From Candidatus Bathyarchaeota archaeon (GTDB lineage: Archaea > Thermoproteota > Bathyarchaeia > Bathyarchaeales > Bathycorpusculaceae), in contig CAWABA010000005.1 of NCBI GenBank assembly GCA_963780185.1, forward strand, positions 64,001 to 128,000: a DNA stretch of 64,000 nucleotides. Direction: 5' to 3'. The position numbers and the translations under genes were made by a program. The notes beneath the pieces were generated by a model, which saw only the letters and a program-made list of their open reading frames with translations, was not told the origin of the DNA and searched no databases. Positions 10,199 to 20,382 of the stretch are shown piece after piece (within the stretch, counting starts at the first letter, position 1; each line of letters begins with the position of its first letter).

Positions 10199-11065
10199 GT
10201 GCCGTTAATAGCGAAGTTTGATCCGTGGCAAAGCGGACTGTGCACTTGCCCGCCGAAGCTTACCTTTAACCCTTACACGGGATGCGACCACCAATGCATC
10301 TACTGCTACGCCACAAGCTACATCCCAAACTTTAAGGATTGCAGACCAAAAAAAGACCTGCTGACTACTTTAAAGCGGGAAGCGGGGAAGCTTAGCGGCG
10401 AAACCATCTCGCTTTGCAACTCTTCTGACCCTTACCCGCGTGTGGAAGCTTCTGAAGGTTTGACTAGGCGATGTCTCGAAATCCTTGCTGAGAGCAACTG
10501 TAAAATTCAAATAATAACCAAAAGCAACTTGGTAGTTAGAGATGACGATTTGCTCCGCAAGGTGCCGTCAACCGTTGCATTAACCATAACGACCGACGAC
10601 GACAATCTTGGCAAGCTGATCGAGCCTTTTGCTCCTTTGCCTTCCCAGCGGCTTAGAGCTGCACAAGACTTACTCAAAGCAGGTATACCCGTCTCCGTAA
10701 GGATTGACCCAATTATACCCTTAGTGAACGACCAACCGCAAGAACTCATCGCTACCTTGGCAAAAATAGGCGTCAAACACGTGACATGCTCAACATACAA
10801 GGCTAAACCCGACAATTGGATGCGATTCAGCAAGGCTTTCCCACAAATCGCAGAAAAAATCAAGCATCTTTATTTTCAGCAGGGCGAAAAAGTAGGCGGC
10901 AACACGCTTCTTCCTCAGGAAGTCAGGTTTAAGATTCTCAAAAATGCCCGTGACTTGGCGTTGGCGGAGGGGATGAAATTTGGGGTTTGCAGAGAAGGCT
11001 TAAATGGGTTGAACACGGCGCCATGTGACGGTTCCTGGCTTATGCCTAAGGCGAAGGGGGTTTAG
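10199..11065 (+). CDS. Radical SAM protein, spore photoproduct lyase (SplB)-like family
   Basis: FNPYTGCDHQCIYCYA (CxxxCxxC), SSDPY, ITKS, RIDPIIP. Confidence 0.85.
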   Translation: MPLIAKFDPWQSGLCTCPPKLTFNPYTGCDHQCIYCYATSYIPNFKDCRPKKDLLTTLKREAGKLSGETISLCNSSDPYPRVEASEGLTRRCLEILAESNCKIQIITKSNLVVRDDDLLRKVPSTVALTITTDDDNLGKLIEPFAPLPSQRLRAAQDLLKAGIPVSVRIDPIIPLVNDQPQELIATLAKIGVKHVTCSTYKAKPDNWMRFSKAFPQIAEKIKHLYFQQGEKVGGNTLLPQEVRFKILKNARDLALAEGMKFGVCREGLNGLNTAPCDGSWLMPKAKGV

Positions 11066-11070
11066 CGCTG

Positions 11071-12165
11071 ATGCAGAACCGTGTGGTTATGCTTGTGGAT
11101 TTCGACTATTTCTTTGCGCAGTGCGAGGAGCTTCGCAACCCCGCCATCAAAGACAAACCCGTGGTCGTCGGCGTCTATTCGGGGCGTACGGAAGAAAGCG
11201 GAGCCGTCAGCACCAGCAACTACATCGCCAGAAAATACACTGTTAAATCAGGCATGCCGCTGTTCCAGGCTAAACGAAAGCTAGAAGGAACCGACGCAGT
11301 TTTCTTGCCCGTTGACCACGAATACTACGAGCAAATAAGCAACCGTATAATGCAGATTCTCAGGCGATACGCAACCAGCCTTGAACAAGTCAGCATAGAT
11401 GAGGCTTACTTGGACGTTACAGAGCAGGTTCAAGACAGTTTCGAGAAGGCAAAAGACTACGCCCAAAAAATAAAAGCAGACGTCAAAAGCCAAGTCGGAA
11501 TTTCCTTTTCAATCGGCGTTGGACCGAACAAGCTTGTGGCTAAGATTGCCTGCGACAGCCAGAAACCCAACGGTTTAACAATTGTGAAGCCTGAGGAGGC
11601 GAAGAGTTTTCTTGCGCCCTTAGCGGTTGATCGGCTTTTAGGTGTCGGGAAAAAGACTTCGGCGGTGATGGCGTCTTTAGGCATCAAAACAGTCGGTGAC
11701 CTAGCTGTCTTTGATGTGCAGCGGCTAGTGGGTATTTGGGGAAAAATACTGGGTGTCTACTTCCATAACGCAGCCAACGCCGTTGACAACGAGCCCGTTC
11801 AGGAGCAAGGCGAAGCTGAATCCATAAGCCGAATCGGCACGTTAAAGCAGGATTCCCGTGACTTAGCGTTTATTCTGCAGAAAACTGACGAGCTAACCGA
11901 AGACGTCGCGAAAGATGTTGCCGTGAGGAATTTGAGTTTTAGGCAGGTGGCAATCTACGTTGTCTTGACTGATTTAAGCAGCAAAACAAGGTCCGTGACG
12001 CTTGAGCAATCAGCCAAAGACAGCGAGACAATCCACAGAAACGTCAAGGATCTGCTTGAAAAATTCCTGAGCGAAACGCCACTTGAAATACGAAGAATCG
12101 GCGTCCGAGTCTCAGCCTTCAGCCACCAGGAACCACGCCAAAAGCAGCTAACTAGCTTCTATTAG
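11071..12165 (+). CDS. dinB: Y-family DNA polymerase IV (Dpo4/Dbh)
   Basis: VDFDYFFAQ, SIDEAYLD, NKLVAKIA, KPNG; C-terminal PCNA PIP box QKQLTSFY. Confidence 0.95.
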   Translation: MQNRVVMLVDFDYFFAQCEELRNPAIKDKPVVVGVYSGRTEESGAVSTSNYIARKYTVKSGMPLFQAKRKLEGTDAVFLPVDHEYYEQISNRIMQILRRYATSLEQVSIDEAYLDVTEQVQDSFEKAKDYAQKIKADVKSQVGISFSIGVGPNKLVAKIACDSQKPNGLTIVKPEEAKSFLAPLAVDRLLGVGKKTSAVMASLGIKTVGDLAVFDVQRLVGIWGKILGVYFHNAANAVDNEPVQEQGEAESISRIGTLKQDSRDLAFILQKTDELTEDVAKDVAVRNLSFRQVAIYVVLTDLSSKTRSVTLEQSAKDSETIHRNVKDLLEKFLSETPLEIRRIGVRVSAFSHQEPRQKQLTSFY

Positions 12166-12223
12166 TTGCAGAATTATGCGCTATTTTTTATACTAAAACG
12201 GTGAAATCTCTTATGATGATTGA

Positions 12224-13411
12224 ATGCTATCCTCGGTCAACGCCAGATTTGTATTTCATAATGTAGGCGAAGGGTTGTTTTATTCTGGCTATATTGAGGA
12301 TTTTAATTGCATGTACGATTGTGGCTCAACTCGGCCAAGACAAGTAAACGGGCTAGTATCCGATTACAAAAAAATGTTGCGACCCTTCAAAATTGATTTG
12401 CTTGTGCTGTCCCATCTTCATAGTGACCATACTTCAGGGCTAAATACGCTGCTCTCAAGATACCCCGGTGTTCCAGTCGACCTAGCGGTTCTTCCATACT
12501 TGTCACCTTTGGAAAGATTAATTGTATCTCTTTCTAAGGAATATTTACCAAATTGGTATTATGAGTTTTTGTCTGACCCCGCAACCTTCTTGGTGAGTAA
12601 AGGGGTGAGGAAAATCATCCTTATAGGAGACAGTGAGCCGTCTGAGGTTTGGGACAATCTTCCGAAAGACAGGCCTAATTTGGATCACTTTGGCAATGAA
12701 GAAGGTCCAATAGAAAAGATAAGTTTACAAAATGCACGCGCACTCGAAGAGAACATTCGCCATGAAGAGCCCTTGTTAACTCAGATGCTTAATAGCGGCG
12801 CAATCTCGGCAAAAACACACGACGGTGGCATTTTTGCTCGAACAAGGAATCTCCGATGGCTCTTTCAGTTCTATAACTATAAAGTTGAGAGGACAGCTGA
12901 AAAAGAAAAATTTGAAAAAAGCGTTTCCGCAATCATCGGTACCGACAAAATCACGGAAGTAATAAAGGATTTTTCAAAAAGGAAACTATTAAGAGATTGC
13001 TACAAATCACTTCAAGCAGATTTTAACGATACTTCTTTGCTAATGTATCACGGTCCTATCTTTAGCGATATTCACCTTGAAAAGAGTTTTCATCAAGCGC
13101 ATCTTCTGACAGGGGACCTCAATCTTAACAATAAAGTGTTAGACGTCTGTAGCCATTTCGGTAATGATCTATCCAAAGTTGGTTTTTGCTTAGTGCCCCA
13201 TCATGGCTCAAAAAAGAATTGGGACCCTTCTTTCTCAAACAATTTCCGTGCAGACTGTGAATGGGTTGTCTCGTGTGGATTAAGGAATAAGCATCATCCC
13301 AGCTTTCAGGTTGTGGATAATCTGAAGAAAAAAGGAAAACACGTAGTTCTTTGTAATGAGATTACGGGGTTAGTTTGCTATCCCTTAACAGGTTATGCAC
13401 ATATGCTATAG
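12224..13411 (+). CDS. Metallo-beta-lactamase-fold hydrolase (ComEC/Rec2-like nuclease fold)
   Basis: NVGEG, YDCG, LSHLHSDH, LLTGD, VPHHGS; visibly more AT-rich than neighbours. Confidence 0.75.
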   Translation: MLSSVNARFVFHNVGEGLFYSGYIEDFNCMYDCGSTRPRQVNGLVSDYKKMLRPFKIDLLVLSHLHSDHTSGLNTLLSRYPGVPVDLAVLPYLSPLERLIVSLSKEYLPNWYYEFLSDPATFLVSKGVRKIILIGDSEPSEVWDNLPKDRPNLDHFGNEEGPIEKISLQNARALEENIRHEEPLLTQMLNSGAISAKTHDGGIFARTRNLRWLFQFYNYKVERTAEKEKFEKSVSAIIGTDKITEVIKDFSKRKLLRDCYKSLQADFNDTSLLMYHGPIFSDIHLEKSFHQAHLLTGDLNLNNKVLDVCSHFGNDLSKVGFCLVPHHGSKKNWDPSFSNNFRADCEWVVSCGLRNKHHPSFQVVDNLKKKGKHVVLCNEITGLVCYPLTGYAHML

Positions 13412-13502
13412 CTAAAGTCACCTTGTTAAATCGCTTGAGCCAGATCCAACTAGGATAAAGCTTTTTCTTTCCGTTAAGGTTAGACTCTAGGCGGGTGTTT
13501 GT

Positions 13503-14096
13503 TTGTCTTACGAGACGAGTAAAAAGAAGTTGCCGCCTGACCAGCAGCCCACTACGCGACTTCTCCGATGGGGCATCGATCATCCCGGAATAACATCAGT
13601 CAACCCCCAGATTAAGCTGGAAACCTACACGTTAACCATCGACGGCGAAGTGGAAAACCCCGTTGCGCTCAGCTGGAACGACTTCATGAAGCTTCCAAAA
13701 ACCGTTTCGGTCAGCGATTTCCACTGTGTCGAAGGCTGGAGCGTTCTGAACTGCAAATGGGAAGGCGTAAGCATCCGCGAAATCGAAAAACTCGTTAAGC
13801 CGAAAGATGTTGCGAAAGCCGTGACTTTTGAATCAGCAGATTCATACACGACTTCACTTTTCCGCGAAGAACTCCAAGGTAACGACGTGCTCCTAGCCTA
13901 CAAACTCAACGATGTAGTGCTTGAAGAGGGCCTGGGGTTTCCAGTTCGCCTAGTAGTTCCAAGCAAATACGCTTACAAAAGCGCATTGTGGGTGGTGCAT
14001 CTGCAGTTTACTCGCGGCAAAGCTTTAGGTTTCTGGGAACGCCGTGGCTACAGTGATAGCGCGGACGTATGGAAAAACGACCGTTTCAGACGGTGA
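13503..14096 (+). CDS. Molybdopterin-dependent oxidoreductase (sulfite oxidase-like, YuiH/MsrP family)
   Basis: LPPDQ, DFHCVEGWS, GFPVRLVVP, YKSA, GFWERRGY. Confidence 0.88.
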   Translation: MSYETSKKKLPPDQQPTTRLLRWGIDHPGITSVNPQIKLETYTLTIDGEVENPVALSWNDFMKLPKTVSVSDFHCVEGWSVLNCKWEGVSIREIEKLVKPKDVAKAVTFESADSYTTSLFREELQGNDVLLAYKLNDVVLEEGLGFPVRLVVPSKYAYKSALWVVHLQFTRGKALGFWERRGYSDSADVWKNDRFRR

Positions 14097-14238
14097 ACGG
14101 CGGCTCTTAGCATAAACAACGGTTTGTAGGCTGATTGTTTTCGTCCGATACTTTTCTGAATTATAAATAATTATTTTGAAGCATGAGAACGTTTATAAGC
14201 TTGCTTTAATAGTGATGGGAATCTCAAGAGGTTAAATT

Positions 14239-14406
14239 ATGTCGCAAGAAAACGCGGAGGCAAAACAAGTCCAAACCTGTAGACTGCTGCCCGACAGCAT
14301 CCCCAAAGGATGCGCCGTTATCTCAGCAGAAAGCAGCAAACCGAAAGTGCCGCTGCAGAAAAGAAAAGAAGAAGCCAAAGAAACACTCTACCTGAACAGA
14401 GTTTAA
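14239..14406 (+). CDS. Small hypothetical protein (55 aa, below ORF-track cut-off)
   Basis: MSQENAEAKQVQTCRLLPDSIPKGCAVISAESSKPKVPLQKRKEEAKETLYLNRV; GAGGT SD at 14228 and TTTATAA upstream. Confidence 0.55.
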   Translation: MSQENAEAKQVQTCRLLPDSIPKGCAVISAESSKPKVPLQKRKEEAKETLYLNRV

Positions 14407-14504
14407 GCCTAAACACTGCGCTGTTTTAAAGAACAGTTTTGTTGCGCTTTAATTCTTTTATACTTGTTTACTTATCGGCTTTAAGACAAGAAGGCAAGAG
14501 AAAA

Positions 14505-14951
14505 TTGGATTACACTGAGGCTAAACTTGGGCGAATCTTTGTTCTTAGACTTTTCCAAGGTGAACGTATTCATGAGGTTATTGAAAAATTTGCTTCCGAG
14601 AAACAAGTCCAAAGTGCTTTATGCTTCTTTTTAGGCGGCGCCGAAGACAAAAGCAAAGTTGTGGTTGGACCAAAAGACGGCAAAGTGTTTCCGCCTGACC
14701 CCATGGTGACCTTGCTCAAAGGCGTTCACGAAGGCTGCGGCGTAGGAACAATCTTCACTGACGAACAAGGCAAACCCAAATTGCACATGCACGCAAGCTT
14801 CGGACGAAACGACAACACGGTAACAGGTTGCGTACGTTTAGGTGTTGATGTTTGGCAAATCGGCGAAGTCGTCGTTTTGGAGCTTTCAGATGGCTCTGCT
14901 ATACGGGCGAAAGATAAGGAAACGGGTTTTGAACTTCTAGAAGTCGGCTAA
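14505..14951 (+). CDS. PPC/DUF296 domain protein
   Basis: GRIFVLRL, LHMHASFG, GEVVVLE; probable TTG start at 14505. Confidence 0.85.
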   Translation: MDYTEAKLGRIFVLRLFQGERIHEVIEKFASEKQVQSALCFFLGGAEDKSKVVVGPKDGKVFPPDPMVTLLKGVHEGCGVGTIFTDEQGKPKLHMHASFGRNDNTVTGCVRLGVDVWQIGEVVVLELSDGSAIRAKDKETGFELLEVG

Positions 14952-14953
14952 AT

Positions 14954-16561
14954 CTAAGTTTGAGTCTCGTTAAAACGTACTAGGAAAAGCCTGTGGGGCA
15001 TTAGTCCGAAGAACGGCATTTCCGTTGGGACGCCGAATCTGCCCGTGCTGTAAATCATCTGAAGAACATCCGCGTACGTTATTGTTGTGTTGTAAAACCG
15101 GGTGTTTGAACCATAGTCGTAGAGGATTATGTATTTTACGTTGCGTTGCTCGCATAGATTAACGAATTGGGTTATGTTGAAGTTGATTGTGTAGGCGTCA
15201 ACGGCTAAACTTGGGTACTGCCAAATCTGGTCTGCTGACATGTTTGAAGGCAAGTAGAAGCGGAACATGTTTTGGTCTAAAAGGTTGAAGGCGCAAACAA
15301 GCACCGCTGACTGGGTCTGGCTTAAGTTACCAGCCAGATAAGCTGTTGTCTCCGCTACTGGAATATTGACTTGGTCTCGAGCGGTCATTTGGTAAGCGTC
15401 GTTGGCGGAGTAAAACATAGTTGAGGCGGCGAGGAAAATGAAAAGCGCCGTCGCCAGCTTCTTAGTCGGGATTCTGCTGAGGCTCATCTGCTTAGGCTGC
15501 CATGAATGGATTTTCCCGTAAAGAAACACTATGAAACAGGCTGCGGAGATGGCTAAAATTGGAAAGACTGAGTCGATGTAGCGCCATTGCCTGTTCGGGA
15601 CAACTGTGAAGAAAAAGTAAATTGCTAAGAACCACGTGAGCAGGAAGATATCTTGTTTTTTTCTTCGGTAAGCAAATAGTCCCAAACCTGCTAATCCTAG
15701 TATCATGATGGGTATGGAGATTGGATGTACGGCGATGTCTTGGAATGGAGAGGTAAGTTCAATCAGGTAGAAAACAGGGACAAAAAATCGGTTGCTGTAC
15801 GCTGGGGTATTTTGGGAGCCGCTCTCTAACACGGAAGTTATGGTTTGGAATTTTGTTTGGCCGTCAACTTGATAAACCAACAAAAACCAAGGCGCCACAA
15901 CCAATATTGCGATTACAAATATCACGATGAGTTTGGCTAAACTTATCTTCAAACGTTTTCTGCACAAAACCAAAACGCTCAGCGCCATCGCAACGGCGGC
16001 TACTGCCATTTGATATTTCGCCAAAATGCCTACGCCAAAGATTACTCCGCTGAAAACGAGGGCTTTGTAGTTGTTCTTGGTTATCCAAGAGTAGAAAACA
16101 AGCATTAGGGCGGTGAAGAAAAATATCAGGATTGTTTCAAGCATTGTTACTCTTGAAACCCAAAGAAAACCCGGCGTTATGGCGAGCAAAACACTTGCAA
16201 TCAAAGCGTTTTTGTGTCCGTACATTTTGGTGCCTAACTCAAATACTGCCCAGATGGCTAGTACGGCGAAGGTCGCGGAAACCAATCTGCCGGCAACTGT
16301 TGTTATGCCGATTGTTTGCATGTATCCTGTTGAGATAAGGTCGAAAAGCGGCGGATAATAACCGTATGTTGTAAGATAAAGATGGCTTTGTCCGCGAGAC
16401 AGAAGCAAGGCGCCGAAAAGATGAGGCATTTCGTCCCATTGCGGAGACATGTAACCGAGGCTTAGAGTTAGCAGGTAAGCGTAGATAGCTGCGAAGGCAA
16501 GAAAAGCTAACCGCCACTTGTGAGCTTTGATTGCAAGCTTCAGCCGAGCCGCAGCCGACAA
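14954..16561 (-). CDS. GT-C fold glycosyltransferase (ArnT/PMT, family 39/83-like)
   Basis: WDEMPH, YPPLF, GRLVSA, LAKY, RY motifs; many TM helices. Confidence 0.85.
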   Translation of the reverse strand: MSAAARLKLAIKAHKWRLAFLAFAAIYAYLLTLSLGYMSPQWDEMPHLFGALLLSRGQSHLYLTTYGYYPPLFDLISTGYMQTIGITTVAGRLVSATFAVLAIWAVFELGTKMYGHKNALIASVLLAITPGFLWVSRVTMLETILIFFFTALMLVFYSWITKNNYKALVFSGVIFGVGILAKYQMAVAAVAMALSVLVLCRKRLKISLAKLIVIFVIAILVVAPWFLLVYQVDGQTKFQTITSVLESGSQNTPAYSNRFFVPVFYLIELTSPFQDIAVHPISIPIMILGLAGLGLFAYRRKKQDIFLLTWFLAIYFFFTVVPNRQWRYIDSVFPILAISAACFIVFLYGKIHSWQPKQMSLSRIPTKKLATALFIFLAASTMFYSANDAYQMTARDQVNIPVAETTAYLAGNLSQTQSAVLVCAFNLLDQNMFRFYLPSNMSADQIWQYPSLAVDAYTINFNITQFVNLCEQRNVKYIILYDYGSNTRFYNTTITYADVLQMIYSTGRFGVPTEMPFFGLMPHRLFLVRFNETQT

Positions 16562-16787
16562 GCTACTTGATTGCTGCTTTGAACCCGCTGGGCTTGGTTG
16601 TTTAATGGTCAGCCTCTCTCCCTATGGAAAAGCATTATTTCACACTATGTAAAAAAGCGTTTGTTAAATCCGCTTGCTTCAAAATTGAAAAGGCAACAGT
16701 TGGTTTTTTACCCAAAAGAGTCTTATGGCAGCAGCTTGAAATGTAGTGAAACCAAGCGTGCCTTAAAAAGCTGGCAAGTGCCCAAAC

Positions 16788-17495
16788 ATGAAATTGTCAA
16801 TTGTGGTTCCTGCATACAATGAGGAAAAGAGGATCAAGCGCACATTGGAATGCTTGGTTGAACGATTCAATGGTTCCTGCGAAATCATTGTCGTGTCTGA
16901 AAGCAATGACAAAACAGATAACATTGTAACCGAATTCTCCAGAAATTCAGCAGCCGTCAAATTGGTAACCTCAACCAAAAGGCTCGGGAAAGGCGGAGCA
17001 TTCAAAAAAGGGGTTCAAACCGCCCACGGCGAAATAGTCATGCTGCTCGACTCAGATCTTCCCGTTCCAATTTCAGACGTTGAGAAGGTGGCTTCAACTG
17101 TGGGCAGAATTGACATCGCTGTAGCTTCAAGAGAGGTTCAAGGAACAAAAATGTTGGTTTACCCACCGCTTGCAAGAGTGTTCGCAGGCAAAGCTTTCTC
17201 CCACATATTCAACGCCCTATTCGACCTTAACGTGAAGGACACCCAATGCGGCTGCAAAGCCTTCAAAAGAGAAGCCCTGCAAAGCGTTCTCTCCACTGTT
17301 GAAAGCAACGGGTTTGAGTTTGATGCTGAACTGCTTTTTAAATGCAAAAGAAAAGGTTACACTATAAGAGAGGTGCCTGTAACTTGGAGTTACAAGCCTG
17401 ATTCAAAGCTTAACCTCTTTAACGACACGCTAAAGATGGGGAAAGGTGTTCTCAAATTATGGCTGCAAACGTACATAGTCACGCAGAAGACTTAG
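16788..17495 (+). CDS. Dolichyl-phosphate glycosyltransferase (GT2)
   Basis: SIVVPAYNEE, GKGGA, DSD, DTQCGCKAF, FDAELL. Confidence 0.9.
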   Translation: MKLSIVVPAYNEEKRIKRTLECLVERFNGSCEIIVVSESNDKTDNIVTEFSRNSAAVKLVTSTKRLGKGGAFKKGVQTAHGEIVMLLDSDLPVPISDVEKVASTVGRIDIAVASREVQGTKMLVYPPLARVFAGKAFSHIFNALFDLNVKDTQCGCKAFKREALQSVLSTVESNGFEFDAELLFKCKRKGYTIREVPVTWSYKPDSKLNLFNDTLKMGKGVLKLWLQTYIVTQKT

Positions 17496-18145
17496 AGCGG
17501 ATAGAACAAAGCGATTTCTGGAGCAAAACGAAAGCAAAGCTAATTTTAGGTCTCGTTGAAGGCTCAAAAGTCTTAGACGTCGGCTGCGGCTCGGGACGGC
17601 TATCCAAAAAACTTTCAGAAAAAGGCTGCAGCGTGGTGGCAATAGACACTGACTGGAAAGCAGTTGAAATTGCAAAAAAGAAAGGAATCACCGCGTTTGT
17701 AACCGGCATTAACGAATGGGTAACCGATGAAAAATTTGACTGCATAATTCTCGGCGACGTGTTGGAGCACATTGAAGACGACGAATCAGCCATGAGAAAA
17801 ATCCGTAGCATGCTGAAGCCCCACGGCTGCATCGTGGTGAATGTGCCGTCGTACCAGTTTTTGTTCAGCCAACACGACGTCGCGTTGGGACACAAACGAA
17901 GATACTCCGACCATGAGCTTAGAACAAAGCTTGAAGCGTCAGGATTCAAACTTGAATATTTCAGGCACTGGAATTTGCTTGCTTTTCCAGTTACTGTTTT
18001 GATTAAGGTTTCCAAGAAGGATTATCCTCATGAAAAAGTGTCAAACATCACTGTTTTGTCTATGCTGCTGGAGAAAACGTTGTTGTTAGAGTCGAAAGTG
18101 AACTATTTCTTTGGGATTTCTATTTTGTGTAAAGCCAGAAAATGA
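17459..18145 (+). CDS. Class I SAM-dependent methyltransferase
   Basis: VLDVGCGSG, DVLEHIEDD, HDVALGHKRRY. Confidence 0.9.
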   Translation: MAANVHSHAEDLERIEQSDFWSKTKAKLILGLVEGSKVLDVGCGSGRLSKKLSEKGCSVVAIDTDWKAVEIAKKKGITAFVTGINEWVTDEKFDCIILGDVLEHIEDDESAMRKIRSMLKPHGCIVVNVPSYQFLFSQHDVALGHKRRYSDHELRTKLEASGFKLEYFRHWNLLAFPVTVLIKVSKKDYPHEKVSNITVLSMLLEKTLLLESKVNYFFGISILCKARK

Positions 18146-18255
18146 CGAGTTTTCGCTGACTTGTTTGAGTAATTGCATTTATTTTCTTCTCTAAGCTTTA
18201 ATAGCAGCGGTTTAGTAGTGCTGGCTTATGGCATCCAAATCAAAGGAGGACCATT

Positions 18256-18747
18256 TTGTCTCAGAAGGATAATAGACGTCTTGCTTTGGAAAAAGTTTTG
18301 AAGGAACACAATTACCAGGAAAGCGCCCTTTTAGAAATACTGCATCGTGCCCAAGAAATTTACGGTTATTTAGATAAAGATTTACTTATGGATATTTCTG
18401 GGTCGCTTAGCCTCCCACCGAGCCACGTCTACGGCGTAGCCACTTTCTACAGCTTCTTCAAGTTTAAACAGCAAGGGCAGCACATAGTGACTGGTTGCTT
18501 GGGAACTGCCTGCTACGTGAAAGACGTTGAACAGATTTTTGAGGCAGTTGAAAAAGAATTTAATGTTAAACGCGGGGGGTCCACCTCTGACGGAAAGCTT
18601 TCCCTTCTTGTTACACGGTGCATCGGCGCATGTGCCATGGCGCCTAACATAGTGGTTGATGACGAAGTCGTGGGCAAAGCCACATCAGAAATTGTTATCG
18701 CAAAAATAAAAGATGCGTTGGGAGGAGTTAAAGCTGAAAGTAACTGA
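18256..18747 (+). CDS. hoxE: Bidirectional hydrogenase diaphorase subunit HoxE (NuoE-like)
   Basis: GVATFY, CLGTAC, RCIGACAMAP [2Fe-2S] motifs. Confidence 0.9.
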   Translation: MSQKDNRRLALEKVLKEHNYQESALLEILHRAQEIYGYLDKDLLMDISGSLSLPPSHVYGVATFYSFFKFKQQGQHIVTGCLGTACYVKDVEQIFEAVEKEFNVKRGGSTSDGKLSLLVTRCIGACAMAPNIVVDDEVVGKATSEIVIAKIKDALGGVKAESN

Positions 18748-20380
18748 TATTCAAAGAATAGCCGAACAGGAACTTGATTTCCAGCGAGGCTACAAGTACC
18801 GCATTAATGTTTGCTGCTCAAGCGGCTGTGTCCCCTTTGGGGCGTTAAAAGTACTCTCAGCCTTCGAAAGCGCAGTCAGGGAATTGGGCGTGGATAATGA
18901 ATGTAAAGTTGCGCGCACGGGCTGCATCGGCACATGTTCAGTCGGCCCCGCGGTGCTGATTGAACCAGGCGACTACCTCTACCAAAACGTCACTCCTGAA
19001 TCAGTCAGGCAAATTGTCCGTGACCACATCGTCCTTGGGTTACCTGTCAAAGACATGCTCTACAAGAACGAAGCCTACTTCAAAAAGCAACATCGGCTTG
19101 TCCTAAGAAACGCCGGCAAAATTGACCCGCTGAGAATTCAAGATTACATTTCCGCAGGCGGCTACTGTGCCATCGCCAAATGTTTAACATCCATGACTCC
19201 GCAAGCCGTAATCGCCGAAGTAGTGGCAAGCGGACTCCGCGGAAGAGGCGGCGCAGGTTTCCCAACTGGACAAAAATGGACTCTGGTTTCAAGAGCGCAA
19301 AACACACCCAAATATATCGTTGCAAACTTGGATGAAGGCGACCCAGGTGTCTTCGCAAACAGAACCCTAGCTGAAGCTGACCCACACGCTATCATCGAAG
19401 GCATGCTTATCGGCGCTTTCGCAATCGGGGCGGAGAAAGGCTACATTTACATACGGTCTGAGTACCCGTTAGCCATCCAAACTTTGGTGAAAGCCATTGC
19501 TCAAGCCAAGGCAATGTCTCTTCTCGGCGACAACATCTTGGAAACCAACTTCAAATTTGACCTTGAACTCCGATTCGGCGCAGGCGCTTTCGTGGCTGGA
19601 GAAGAAACCGCGATTCTTGCTTCAGTAGAAGGCCAAAGAGCCATGCCTCGTCCGCGTCCACCGTACCCAGCCAACTCGGGTTTGTGGAAGAAACCGACGC
19701 TTATCCAGAACGTTGAGACGTTCGCTAATATTCCTCCGATTGTGCAGAATGGCGGTGCATGGTTCGCGAAGTTCGGCACGGCAAAGTGCGCTGGAACCAA
19801 GTGTTTCTCTTTAACGGGCAAGGTGAACAATCCAGGGTTGATTGAAGTGCCGATGGGAATCACGCTTCGAGAAGTAGTCTACGACATCGGAGGCGGTGTT
19901 GCAAACGGAAAGAAATTCAAAGCTGTCCTCGTCGGCGGCCCTTCAGGCGGTTGCCTCCCAGAAACGTTGCTTGAACTTCCAATCGACTACGAATCACTAA
20001 CCAAAGTAGGAGCAATCATGGGTTCAGGCGGCATAGTTGTGCTCGACGATGAATCCTGCATGGTTGACACTGCACGGTTCTTCACTGACTTCTGTGTGGA
20101 CGAATCATGCGGTAAATGCACGCCATGCCGAGCAGGCTTAGCGCGAGTCAAAGAAATTTACGACCAAATAACCACGGGCAACGGAAAAATGGATGACATA
20201 GTGACGCTGGAGAAATCAGGCGTTTTCATACGGGACGCAAGCCTCTGCGGGCTTGGCCAAACTGCTCCTAACCCAGTTCTTACGACACTTCGCTACTTCA
20301 AAGATGAATACATCAAACACATAGTTGAAAAGAAGTGCGAAGCAGGAAAATGCTTCAAAAACCACGAGGAGGACGAATAA
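18713..20380 (+). CDS. hoxF: Diaphorase flavoprotein HoxF (NuoF-like); start uncertain
   Basis: GLRGRGGAGFPTG, DEGDPG, GEETA, ESCGKCTPCR, SLCGLG. Confidence 0.92.
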   Translation: MRWEELKLKVTDIQRIAEQELDFQRGYKYRINVCCSSGCVPFGALKVLSAFESAVRELGVDNECKVARTGCIGTCSVGPAVLIEPGDYLYQNVTPESVRQIVRDHIVLGLPVKDMLYKNEAYFKKQHRLVLRNAGKIDPLRIQDYISAGGYCAIAKCLTSMTPQAVIAEVVASGLRGRGGAGFPTGQKWTLVSRAQNTPKYIVANLDEGDPGVFANRTLAEADPHAIIEGMLIGAFAIGAEKGYIYIRSEYPLAIQTLVKAIAQAKAMSLLGDNILETNFKFDLELRFGAGAFVAGEETAILASVEGQRAMPRPRPPYPANSGLWKKPTLIQNVETFANIPPIVQNGGAWFAKFGTAKCAGTKCFSLTGKVNNPGLIEVPMGITLREVVYDIGGGVANGKKFKAVLVGGPSGGCLPETLLELPIDYESLTKVGAIMGSGGIVVLDDESCMVDTARFFTDFCVDESCGKCTPCRAGLARVKEIYDQITTGNGKMDDIVTLEKSGVFIRDASLCGLGQTAPNPVLTTLRYFKDEYIKHIVEKKCEAGKCFKNHEEDE

Positions 20381-20382
20381 AC

